Position numbers and translations under genes: made by a program. A stretch of 64,000 nt of DNA from an uncultured Gammaproteobacteria bacterium (GTDB lineage: Bacteria > Patescibacteriota > Microgenomatia > UBA10105 > UBA927), in the NCBI GenBank assembly GCA_964445435.1, contig CAYUKU010000007.1, positions 3,653 to 67,652 of the forward strand. Reading direction: 5' to 3'. Shown here piece by piece: positions 55,233 through 64,000 of the stretch (position 1 is the first letter of the stretch; each line of letters starts with the position of its first letter). The notes under the pieces were generated by a model. It searched no databases. It had not been told where the DNA came from and was given only the letters and a program-made list of their open reading frames with translations.

Positions 55233-55966
55233 AAGGACGCATTCTCCATGCGGAGATCAAACATCCGCGTGAGTGCTTCGGGACTACGTTCCCCGTTTTG
55301 GAGCATCTCAATTAATGACTCTGCGGCCTCGTTCATGTCGGTTTCTTCAAAGGTGGCCATGAAGTTGAACGTCCCCTGGACATTGCTCCCCGGTGTGCCG
55401 AAGTCGTCCCGTTCCACGATGGTCAGGTGAAGGAGTGCAGGCAGCGACCCGTTGTCATAGCGGGGGATAAATTCAAGCGTGGAGTATACAGCGCTGTCCG
55501 GCCTTTGGAATGTCGTTGTATGGTGATCAGCTACATAGAGACCACTATGCGCACTAATGCTGAATATCGGGTACCCGCCGTACGCAGAGAGGAAGAGGCC
55601 TTGCGAGCTTGAGAAGTGGAGATTGGTTGTGCTGGCCATGAGGCCTGTTTTTATGATTGCCGATTCCCGATGGACGCCCTGAATGTCTATGTTTTGCGGA
55701 TCGGGGGGCATGGCAAGAATATCCAAATGCGCGTGTGCGATGGCGTGGTTTGGTATGTCATGCCAGATGGTTATTCTGGGCGACTCCAAACCCAGGTGTT
55801 CGATAAGGACATCACGGTCGAACTGGAGCGGATTGGGTGATCCGTCAGGCATGGGCGGCATACCTTCTTTTGGCTTGGTGAGGACGAATGAACGAGGATA
55901 CGGCGAATCCGGATAGATATGTATCGTGCTTGCCCGATGAGAATCGCAGTCAATTTCGTTCAGCAT
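55220..55966 (-). CDS. Hypothetical protein
   Basis: TATACT 8 nt before ATG. Confidence 0.7.
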   Translation of the reverse strand: MLNEIDCDSHRASTIHIYPDSPYPRSFVLTKPKEGMPPMPDGSPNPLQFDRDVLIEHLGLESPRITIWHDIPNHAIAHAHLDILAMPPDPQNIDIQGVHRESAIIKTGLMASTTNLHFSSSQGLFLSAYGGYPIFSISAHSGLYVADHHTTTFQRPDSAVYSTLEFIPRYDNGSLPALLHLTIVERDDFGTPGSNVQGTFNFMATFEETDMNEAAESLIEMLQNGERSPEALTRMFDLRMENASFQPF

Positions 55967-56087
55967 AGACTTATAGTATATATCAAAATTATAGGATAAT
56001 CAAGATAATGTATACGGAAAACCGGGGGGTAAAATTGTTCTATAATGGCCTATAGCAAGTAGTTTGTGATACAATAAACGGTTACCT

Positions 56088-56360
56088 ATGCAGACGAGAG
56101 AGCGTATCGAATCAAACATTCGGCCGTTGCGCGAGACAGCCAGCTAACTGGAGAGACACCTGGTTCCTGTCGATATCAACGTCGCTTCCTGGCTTGATCG
56201 GGAGTTTGTCAAAGGCCGAGCCCAAGCCGTGGTGGCGGCCATTGAAACGCACGGGGAAACCGCCCGGAAGCTTCACGAGAAGCGTTCCCACTCGAGTGAT
56301 TATGAACATGCAGCGTCTCAGTGGCGCGGCGCGGCTGTTTTATATGCGCCCGAGCGTTGA
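56088..56360 (+). pseudogene. Probable pseudogene with in-frame TAA at 56145
   Basis: TG-A-TACAAT promoter; frame reads MQTRERIES...TAS*LERHLV...APER. Confidence 0.4.
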
Positions 56361-56518
56361 TAGAAGAGATATTCAAAGAAACGACGGTAACAAGCGAAAA
56401 TAAATACGCTATATCACTCCTCTGGGCGCTTGATGCGGTTTTGAAAGTTACAACCCCGAAGCAGAGACTGGTTCCTTGATACCTTTTCTGACTCGCCCAC
56501 TTCTGGTAGTCTTAAGGG

Positions 56519-57586
56519 GTGAAGCCGCTTCGTATTGCACAACTCGTGCTTCCGTGGATCCCCCTGCCGCCCCCGGGATATGCAGGGACCGAACGCGTGG
56601 TGTATCACCTGACTGAGGAGCTGGTTCGGCGGGGACACAAGGTAACGCTTTTTGCCTCCGGAGACTCGCATACATCGGCAAAACTCGAAGCAGTACTCCC
56701 GAAGGCGCTTGGCCTGCAAGAAGACGTGAAAGCGGCTCAGGCGGGTTCATTTTATCCCCTCATGCATGTTGCCCACTGTTTCGAGATGGCGGGTGAATTT
56801 GACATCATCCATTCTCATGCACAGTTTCTTGGCCTCCCCTTTGCGGCGGCGGCAAAAACGCCCAGCGTGCATACGTTCCATCGCGTGTATGCGTTTACCC
56901 ATCAGGACGAACAGGATCTGGTCATGCACTACGGCAAACTCAACTACACTTCGATTAGTAACGCGCAACGTGTTCCGGGTGTCAATTACGTGGCCACAGT
57001 GTACAACGGCGTCGATACATCGGTGTATAAACCGGCAGAGAGGCCCACGCGGGATTATCTCTTCTGGGCAGGAAGGGTGATAGATAAGAAGGGCCCGCTT
57101 GAGGCGATACTGGTGGCCAAAAAACTGGGTATGAACCTCGTTATGGCTGGAGAGGTGACCGAGCCTGCGTATTTCGAGAAGGTGATTAAACCCCATATCG
57201 ATGGCGTCAAAATTCAGTTGGCACAGCATGAGACCCGCGAAAGCCTTATTATTCTGTACCAGAACGCTAAAGTGACGGTTGTACCCACGAAATGGAACGA
57301 ACCGTTCGGTCTCGTGCCTGTCGAATCCATGGCCTGCGGGACCCCAGCCGTGTCGTATGCCAATGGCGGGGTGGTGGAGACAATTGCCGAAGGGACCGGA
57401 TTTCTTATCGACGAGAAGACGGGGGTGGACGGGCTGGCCGCGAAAGTGAAAGAGATTGTCGACATGGAAAGCCCGTCATACCAGGCTCTTTGTGCGAGTG
57501 CACGACAACATGTTCTTAAGAACTTTTCTGTCGAAAGTATGGCTGATGGGTACGAACATGTCTATGCGAAGATACTGGGGGTATGA
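56519..57586 (+). CDS. Glycosyltransferase family 4
   Basis: PPPGYAGTE, AGRVIDKKG, EPFGLVPVESMACGTP. Confidence 0.93.
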   Translation: MKPLRIAQLVLPWIPLPPPGYAGTERVVYHLTEELVRRGHKVTLFASGDSHTSAKLEAVLPKALGLQEDVKAAQAGSFYPLMHVAHCFEMAGEFDIIHSHAQFLGLPFAAAAKTPSVHTFHRVYAFTHQDEQDLVMHYGKLNYTSISNAQRVPGVNYVATVYNGVDTSVYKPAERPTRDYLFWAGRVIDKKGPLEAILVAKKLGMNLVMAGEVTEPAYFEKVIKPHIDGVKIQLAQHETRESLIILYQNAKVTVVPTKWNEPFGLVPVESMACGTPAVSYANGGVVETIAEGTGFLIDEKTGVDGLAAKVKEIVDMESPSYQALCASARQHVLKNFSVESMADGYEHVYAKILGV

Positions 57587-58656
57587 AGATTTTATTTATC
57601 GCGCCGAGTCTCTACATGTCCGAACGGTTCGGGGGCATGATTTACGCTCCGAAAGAGCTTGCGATTGATTTGGTCGACGGTCTGGTCGGGGCGGGACATG
57701 ACGTGACCTTTGCTACCGCGCCCGACGTGCGGACAACCGCAAAAAAACTCGAAGGAGACGCCCGGTATCTGGACCTGGCGCAGTTGGGAACAGGTGATCA
57801 ACTATTGATTAAACGGGATTATGAGACGGATCTGCTCTCCCGCGCGTTTCGTGCGGCAGCAGATGAACAGTTCGACGTCATCCACGTTTTTGCCGTGACC
57901 GCTGCCCATTATTTCGAGCAGTTTACCAAGATACCGGTTATCTACACGATTCATGACCCCGTGCCCGCCCCCGGCACGCTTGGCGCGGTCGTTTTTGAGA
58001 AATTCCGGTCGCACCGGTTCGTGTCGATCAGTAACAGTCAACGAGGGGGAAGCGCGCTCAATTTCGTAGCGACGGTCTATCATTGCATTAATCCGGCCAA
58101 ATATCCGTTTGTGAAAACGCCCCAGAAACGGTGGGTATTCGTGGGGCGCCTGGTTCCAGAGAAAGGCCTTGAGGATGCAATAAAAGCGGCAGTCGTCACC
58201 AACACGAAACTGGTGGCCGCGTCCGATTGGGATGCGCACAACGCAGGAAGTAAGGAGTACGAAGACCGGCTGCAGCTACTTTTTGATACCTCGATGGTTG
58301 AGCGGGTGGGTGTGGTAGGTCAGCCTGAGCGGGCAAGGCTTCTTGGCCTCGGGAAAGCTCTCCTTTTCCCCATCAAGTGGGAAGAGCCGTTTGGGATGGT
58401 GATGATCGAGGCGATGGCCTGCGGGACGCCGGTCGTGGCGTATGGCCGGGGATCCGTGCCAGAGGTGGTGAAAGACGGTGTTACGGGATTTATCGTCCCC
58501 CAAGAGCAGGGGGTAGAAGGCCTGGTGGCGGCGATGAAGAAGATAGACAGGATCGATCGGGCAGCTTGTCGGCGATACGTAGAGGAACAGTTTTCCCTTC
58601 AGCGTATGGTTGAGGGGTATGAGCAAGTTTACCGTCAAGCCATTTCGACTCCTTGA
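57583..58656 (+). CDS. Glycosyltransferase family 4 (paralogue of the upstream gene)
   Basis: GRLVPEKG, EPFGMVMIEAMACGTP. Confidence 0.93.
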   Translation: MKILFIAPSLYMSERFGGMIYAPKELAIDLVDGLVGAGHDVTFATAPDVRTTAKKLEGDARYLDLAQLGTGDQLLIKRDYETDLLSRAFRAAADEQFDVIHVFAVTAAHYFEQFTKIPVIYTIHDPVPAPGTLGAVVFEKFRSHRFVSISNSQRGGSALNFVATVYHCINPAKYPFVKTPQKRWVFVGRLVPEKGLEDAIKAAVVTNTKLVAASDWDAHNAGSKEYEDRLQLLFDTSMVERVGVVGQPERARLLGLGKALLFPIKWEEPFGMVMIEAMACGTPVVAYGRGSVPEVVKDGVTGFIVPQEQGVEGLVAAMKKIDRIDRAACRRYVEEQFSLQRMVEGYEQVYRQAISTP

Positions 58657-58697
58657 CAACAGCCTCAAATTTCGACATTATGATTTTGGAGTAAAAA

Positions 58698-59261
58698 ATG
58701 TCGGAAACGCAACTTCCCAGCGAAGAAACCATTATTGCCACCGCGAAGTATCTTTTGGAAAAAATGCCTTCTGCCGCCACGAAGTACGCCCCGGTGCGCC
58801 AACTGTTGTGCCGGATTATTGCCGGCGAATCCGTACATCCGAAAGATATGCCTTCCTTCAATCCCTTTTACATTGCGCGTACGCTCGAACGGTTGGTGGC
58901 GCAGGGCTTCGTACAGAAGGAAAAGGATGGGTACGAGGCAACAGCCGCGGGCAAACGCTGGATGCTCAAATACGCTCTTGAGGATCTTGTTGTGCCTACA
59001 CCCAAGAAGTGGGACGGGCGGTGGCGGATGGTTATCTATGATGTCGCCCGCCACAAGGCATCGCTACGAAACCTTTTCAGAAATACGCTCAAACGTCTGG
59101 GATTTTACAATCTTCAGGAATCGACATGGATCTATCCGTATCCCTGCGAGAAAGAAATTCATTTTATCCGCGATTACTGCGGGATGGGCTCGGACGTTAT
59201 CTATATCATCGTCCATAAGATAGAGAACGACGCGTCCTACCGGGCTTTTTTCAACCTCTAA
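58698..59261 (+). CDS. PaaX-like wHTH plus Cas2-like domain regulator
   Basis: wHTH then WDGRWRMVIYDV...LKRLGFYNLQESTWIYPY. Confidence 0.85.
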   Translation: MSETQLPSEETIIATAKYLLEKMPSAATKYAPVRQLLCRIIAGESVHPKDMPSFNPFYIARTLERLVAQGFVQKEKDGYEATAAGKRWMLKYALEDLVVPTPKKWDGRWRMVIYDVARHKASLRNLFRNTLKRLGFYNLQESTWIYPYPCEKEIHFIRDYCGMGSDVIYIIVHKIENDASYRAFFNL

Positions 59262-59263
59262 GA

Positions 59264-59315
59264 ACTGGTAAAAACCTCCAGAATTACTTGTAAAAACTTG
59301 TAAAAACTTTCGAAA
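59264..59315 (+). repeat. ACTKGTAAAA direct repeats upstream of glgA
   Basis: Copies at 59264, 59286, 59296 and a degenerate copy at 59306. Confidence 0.65.
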
Positions 59316-59354
59316 TCGTTCAGTCAGGGGTCCGTCGTGATATGATGAAATCGG

Positions 59355-60785
59355 ATGAAGGTCCTTTTCGTCACCAGTGAGTTGGCGGGATTTTATAAAC
59401 TAGGCGGATTAGCGGATGTGAGTTATTCACTTCCGGTTGCGCTTGCGTCCCGCGGGGTGTCTATTTCCGTCGTGATGCCGTATTACGAGAAAGTGCGCGT
59501 AAGCGAGCCGGTCTGCGTGGGGCAAATGGCACTTGACTTCGACCGCAGGCGAGAGCTTCTGTTTATCTTCCGCGCAACACTGCCGGAGAGCCACTTGCCG
59601 GTCTATCTCATCCGTCATCCGCGTCTGAATTCGTATGACGGGAAGGATATGGCGGAGCGGTTTGCGTTTTTCTCCAAGGCGGTAGCCCAGCTGTATCTTT
59701 ATTCCCAGGAAACGCTGGGTGGCCCCTACGATATCATTCACTGCAACGACTGGCACACGGCGCTTATCCCGCTTCTGGTGGGAGAGGAGTCGCGAGTTGG
59801 GTATCGGGAGCTTAAGACGATTCAATCGGTGCGTGCCAAGACAATTCTTACCGTGCACAATCTCCTGTACCAGGGAGAAACAGGAGTGGGAGTTGCGCTC
59901 AAGTTGGGATTGCCCAAGACGGTTTTTCACTCGTTCATGACTCCGCTGGGTAGGGCAATCCGGTTCCTTCAGGAAGGGTTCGAGTATGCGGATATAGTGA
60001 CGACGGTTTCGCCTACATACGCCAAAGAAATCGCCCGCGGGTATCACGGGAAGCGTGTCCGCGAGACGTTCCTCAGGCGCCATGACAAGATCGTGGGCAT
60101 ACTCAACGGTATCGATACGAGTCTTTGGGATCCCAGGGACGATCCGTATATCCGCGTCCATTATGCCGTCGCCAAGTCGCATGCAGCCAAAAAACAGATA
60201 AAAGAGCGTCTCCGGGCGAGTGTGCGGCTTCCTCAGACAGACGTGCCGTTGTTTGGATTTGTGGGCCGGTTCGAACCGCAGCAAAAAGGTCTTGACCTTA
60301 TCGCCAACGTTATAAAAACGTTACCAACGGAAGCGTACCAGCTTGTGCTTCTGGGGACGGGTGCCAAGCCATTGGTAACACTGTTTACCCACCTGTCTCA
60401 ACAGTATCCCAATGTCTCGTTTGTCCATACGTTCGACGAGCGGCTCGCAAGAAGAATTTACGCCGGAAGCGATGTCATGCTTGTTCCGTCGAAGTTCGAG
60501 CCATGCGGGTTGACGCAGATGATTGCGATGCGCTACGGGACGCTGCCGCTGGTGCGCAAGACGGGCGGTTTGGCTGATACAGTTATTGATGGGAAGACTG
60601 GATTTGTATTCAATCGATATACCCGTCGGGCACTTGCCGAGAAAATGAAAAGCGTCATCGAGGCTTACCACACCAAGCCGGATATGTGGCGGCGGATGGT
60701 TGTCCGGGTCATGAAGCAGGACTTTTCGTGGAAAAAACAAGCCGAGAAATATATAGCGCTCTACGAGAAATTACTCCGCGCCTAA
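59355..60785 (+). CDS. glgA: Glycogen synthase
   Basis: KLGGLADV, HCNDWHT, TVSPTYA, PSKFEPCGLTQMIAMRYG. Confidence 0.93.
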   Translation: MKVLFVTSELAGFYKLGGLADVSYSLPVALASRGVSISVVMPYYEKVRVSEPVCVGQMALDFDRRRELLFIFRATLPESHLPVYLIRHPRLNSYDGKDMAERFAFFSKAVAQLYLYSQETLGGPYDIIHCNDWHTALIPLLVGEESRVGYRELKTIQSVRAKTILTVHNLLYQGETGVGVALKLGLPKTVFHSFMTPLGRAIRFLQEGFEYADIVTTVSPTYAKEIARGYHGKRVRETFLRRHDKIVGILNGIDTSLWDPRDDPYIRVHYAVAKSHAAKKQIKERLRASVRLPQTDVPLFGFVGRFEPQQKGLDLIANVIKTLPTEAYQLVLLGTGAKPLVTLFTHLSQQYPNVSFVHTFDERLARRIYAGSDVMLVPSKFEPCGLTQMIAMRYGTLPLVRKTGGLADTVIDGKTGFVFNRYTRRALAEKMKSVIEAYHTKPDMWRRMVVRVMKQDFSWKKQAEKYIALYEKLLRA

Positions 60786-61720
60786 ATCCGCGTGTAGGAG
60801 ACGGATCTTCCTTTCCCATGGGCCACGAGGATTCCCAGCGTCATGAGCTTAGAGAGATCGCGCGAGGCCGTAACCTGTGAAATGCGGAACCGTTTCTGGA
60901 TTGTTTTGTTTGTGATTACGCGGGTGGGATCGTCCAGAAGATGCATAATCGCGTGTTGGCGGTCGTTGAGAATGGGAAGTTTTACTTGTTGTGACGAGCT
61001 CCCGACGTGGCCATGTGTTGCTATTTTGGTGTAGTGTGCTTCGACGGACTGTGCGAAAAACAGGAGCCAGTGATTGAGGTTGCCCTGGGTGGAAATGGTG
61101 GAGATGGCCAGATGATAGGAGGGCGCTTCATCTGCCCATTGGCGTTCCAGCGCAACCATGCCGCGTAAGGTGTAGCCTTCCTTTGCGAGGTAGGCCAGCG
61201 TGACGAGACGAGCTGTGAGTCCGGGATCGTCAGGTGGCAGAATAGTGCTTGAGAGCATTCCCAGAGCAATACCTGCCCGAATGATGGCGTGCTCGGTTTG
61301 ATTTTCCAGGTATGCACATAGTTTGCGTATTGACGTGAGCGCAGGTCCGTTCAGTCGTCTGTGCTTGAGGAGCGGCCCCACATAGATGGTGTCTGCGAAC
61401 GTTTGAAAGGTGGCCTGAGTTATAGGATTGGCGTTGGCCACCCAGGTGACTTCAATAAGGTCAAGCGCATTTTTATAGCTGATGACGACGGAAGGTTTCG
61501 CTTTGTGCTGCAAGGATAGGTGCGTTTCTATATCGTGACGGGTCAGCTTGATATTGGCAAGAGCAAGCGATCCCTGGATTTGGCTTATCTTCGCGTCCCA
61601 TCGGCGGGTGATTTCTTCCGAAACGGAAAGCGGCGTCGTGAGGATTTTCACGCGGAGAGCATCGATGATCCGCAGGCTTTCGCGCAAATCTGAGGATAAG
61701 GTGTACGAAAGAGGAAGCAT
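60782..61720 (-). CDS. Fic-like protein with degenerate motif and C-terminal HTH
   Basis: SLALANIKLT, HAIIRAG, LPPDDPGLTARL in place of HPFxDGNGRxxR; SQVTASRDLSKL. Confidence 0.7.
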   Translation of the reverse strand: MLPLSYTLSSDLRESLRIIDALRVKILTTPLSVSEEITRRWDAKISQIQGSLALANIKLTRHDIETHLSLQHKAKPSVVISYKNALDLIEVTWVANANPITQATFQTFADTIYVGPLLKHRRLNGPALTSIRKLCAYLENQTEHAIIRAGIALGMLSSTILPPDDPGLTARLVTLAYLAKEGYTLRGMVALERQWADEAPSYHLAISTISTQGNLNHWLLFFAQSVEAHYTKIATHGHVGSSSQQVKLPILNDRQHAIMHLLDDPTRVITNKTIQKRFRISQVTASRDLSKLMTLGILVAHGKGRSVSYTRI

Positions 61721-61964
61721 ACCTGTTTTCTTATCTCAATTATATCATTCGGGTCAACTAAGAAAACAGGATATTTTTAGATTGCCTTTGCGGGAAATAT
61801 AAAAAATGGTGAAATGATTACGATAAGATTAAACACGCTACTTGACACGGTGTGAAAACTGTAGGCATACTGGATATATATAGTTTTCACATATTAGTAA
61901 TAACTGGTAAATCCATTGTGAAAAACTTGTAATAATTTGGAAATTTGAAGCCAAACCTGCCTCT

Positions 61965-63905
61965 ATGCCCAAAACCTACACCGTCAAAGAAGTCGCAGAC
62001 ATATTGGGCTACAGCACCAATAGCATTTATACGTTCCTCAAGGAAAAACGCCTGAAAGGGGTGCGCGTCGGCAAGGGGAGGTTCCGCATCCCGGAGGATG
62101 AACTTAACCGCGTACTGCATTTGTCGCGGAAAGCACAACCGGCAACGTCATCGGCAAACGAACAGCTGGTAGAAGGGGTGAAAGAGGCGGCCAAACATAT
62201 CGAACAAACCGGCGACGCAGCGGTTGTACGGCAGGACGATGGTTTGCGATCTCGCCTTCATAGCTCGATACTCCCTCCCAATATTTTCGATTGGTTTGTA
62301 GGGACCGGTGCAGTGGTCGCCGGCGTTGCGTTATTTTTGTTTAACCCGATCCTGAGCCCTTCGGAATCGGGGACATTTGCGCGGCTCATCCCAGTGATGA
62401 GGATCGTCTTGATAGCATGCGGTTTTGGCGTTCTGGTGAGCAGTATGTTTGCGCAGGGCGTCAAATGGCGGGGTGTTTTCTTTGGATTGCTTGCAATGCT
62501 TGGCACCCTTAACGCGTATGGACTCCTCAAGCTGGGTGACTATAGCGGTTTTGTGCTGTATGGAGCCATGGCGCTGACGATAGCGATTGCTCTGGTGTAC
62601 CGGCTTGGAGGAATTGTCGCAATCGTCACGTATTCCTCGCTTATATCGCTACTCGTTCCGGCGGTCGTGCTTGTATTCCCGGACGGCGTGCACATACGTC
62701 AGTATCTGGAATTTACCGGATGGCCACCCGCGACGGTGGGAGCGATTTCCATGGTCGTCGGCGCGCTTTTGGCGGTTTGTTTCTGGGCGGGCTACGCGAA
62801 GAGTCGTACACTTTTTATGTTCGCTGCCTGGATAACGGCTATTTGTGAAGTCTTGGTAGCGATGTGGTTTGGGCATTACCAGTATTGGAGCCGGGCGTTC
62901 TTCATGATCGTTGTGAGCTACTTTACCTCCATATTGCCCTACTGGTGGTTTATCCAGAAAGAGATGTCTTTGCGTATGCGTATTACACTCCATGCGGTGT
63001 TTTATGTCGTGGGTGTAGCCATTCTGGTTGCTATTCTGGCCGTGCATTTATTACAGCAGAGCGCATGGGACGCCCGGAAGAGGGAATTTGCGGACAAGAT
63101 GCTGGTTGCACAGAACATGCTGATAAACGCGGTTGATTCTGTGAAATCGTCATCAGTGGTCGCCGTCAAGAGTCAGGAATTGGTAACCGCGGTGAACAAG
63201 AAAGATCTGGAACAAATTACGTCTTGGGCGAAAATTCTCTACGAGAGCAATCCCAACATCCGTCGAGTCGACTTTATCGATGCCAAGGGTGTAGGCATTG
63301 CGCTTTATCCGTATGGGACGTTTGATGATCCAGATTATTCTGCCCGTGAGTATTTCGTGAAAGCCAAAACCGCGAAAAAAATGGTTCTCACGAATGTTTT
63401 TCAGGCACGCGCCGATAATCAGGGGAGATATGTCGTTGTTATAGCGACTCCGCTTCTTGATAGTGCGGGAGAATTTCAGGGCGTCATGATTGCTTCAATT
63501 GATTTGGACCGTTTGGGTCTCCAGTTGGCACAAATCGCCAACGAATCTCGGGAGGAGCGGTTTACGATTACGGACTCACAAGGTGTGATATTAAGTCATA
63601 AACAGAGTACCCTGATCGGCACGAAACCTTCCGAGGAACATCCGGTGCATAAAGCACTGGCGAAAGAAGAAGGGGTGCAATGGGGAATCACGCTCAACGG
63701 CGTCGGTGGCATGGTGGGGTATCGTTTCATCGATTCCCTTGGGTGGGCAATCACCCTGTCTTCTCCGGAGCAGGAGGTTTTCGCACTCAAGTCTTCGTCG
63801 ATATGGTGGGTGTTGGGAGCGGTTGAGGGGATCATGCTGGTGACCGTATTTCTCTTTTTGTTTCTTAACTCCCGGACAAAAGACATAAAGGAGGGCGGGC
63901 CATGA
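61965..63905 (+). CDS. Xis/HTH_17 DNA-binding domain, polytopic membrane region and dCache sensor
   Basis: YTVKEVADILG...GKGRFRIP; about 10 TM; DYSAREYF, VVVIATP, ITDSQGVILSH, LGWAI. Confidence 0.85.
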   Translation: MPKTYTVKEVADILGYSTNSIYTFLKEKRLKGVRVGKGRFRIPEDELNRVLHLSRKAQPATSSANEQLVEGVKEAAKHIEQTGDAAVVRQDDGLRSRLHSSILPPNIFDWFVGTGAVVAGVALFLFNPILSPSESGTFARLIPVMRIVLIACGFGVLVSSMFAQGVKWRGVFFGLLAMLGTLNAYGLLKLGDYSGFVLYGAMALTIAIALVYRLGGIVAIVTYSSLISLLVPAVVLVFPDGVHIRQYLEFTGWPPATVGAISMVVGALLAVCFWAGYAKSRTLFMFAAWITAICEVLVAMWFGHYQYWSRAFFMIVVSYFTSILPYWWFIQKEMSLRMRITLHAVFYVVGVAILVAILAVHLLQQSAWDARKREFADKMLVAQNMLINAVDSVKSSSVVAVKSQELVTAVNKKDLEQITSWAKILYESNPNIRRVDFIDAKGVGIALYPYGTFDDPDYSAREYFVKAKTAKKMVLTNVFQARADNQGRYVVVIATPLLDSAGEFQGVMIASIDLDRLGLQLAQIANESREERFTITDSQGVILSHKQSTLIGTKPSEEHPVHKALAKEEGVQWGITLNGVGGMVGYRFIDSLGWAITLSSPEQEVFALKSSSIWWVLGAVEGIMLVTVFLFLFLNSRTKDIKEGGP

Positions 63906-64000
63906 GCGCTGTACTTGGCACCGGTCGGGAAACACAGAAATCCGCATACAGCGGATTTTCGCGTCAGCGTGGGTATATTCTCATCCTTCCACTTCTGTTT
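63902..64000 (+). CDS. 3'-partial ORF coupled by an ATGA overlap
   Basis: GGAGG SD; open to the window end, entering a hydrophobic stretch. Confidence 0.55.
   Translation, partial: MSAVLGTGRETQKSAYSGFSRQRGYILILPLLF

Noticed and set aside
58698-59320. CRISPR-Cas locus (Cas2-like gene plus short repeats)
   Set aside because: The repeats are 10-bp units without unique spacers, there are no other cas genes, and the protein has PaaX-type architecture
1-64000. Alternative genetic code (TGA read as Gly, as in Gracilibacteria/SR1)
   Set aside because: Conserved genes are intact under code 11, and TGA ends several genes with ATGA coupling

Overview
This window looks like chromosome from a Patescibacteria/CPR bacterium, probably Microgenomates-like. 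That assignment is an inference from gene content: a PaaX/Cas2-like regulator, a sortase, a PEGA protein, GT-C/GT2/GT4 clusters and many leaderless genes, read with code 11. Recognisable core genes are lepA, ndk, maf, mreB, glgA, an M16 peptidase, a TagA/WecB glycosyltransferase, tRNA-Pro(CGG) and tRNA-Arg(CCT), interleaved with many orphan membrane or secreted proteins. Highlights: (1) an HUH/Y1 REP-associated transposase (RAYT) flanked by, and carrying inside its own CDS, a 19-bp palindrome found 8 times in the window, plus a second 29-33-bp palindrome family (4 copies); (2) an 878-aa Nudix + RelA/SpoT-synthetase-like fusion behind an apparent leader-peptide attenuator; (3) an operon of four 35-44-aa single-TM micropeptides missing from the ORF track, bracketed by the two palindrome families; (4) two expression styles, leaderless core genes versus accessory genes with long structured leaders, boxA-like motifs and strong SD sequences; (5) a membrane-embedded HTH-dCache regulator with a candidate direct-repeat operator shared with glgA. 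All family calls come from motifs read by eye; no searches or folding programs were run.
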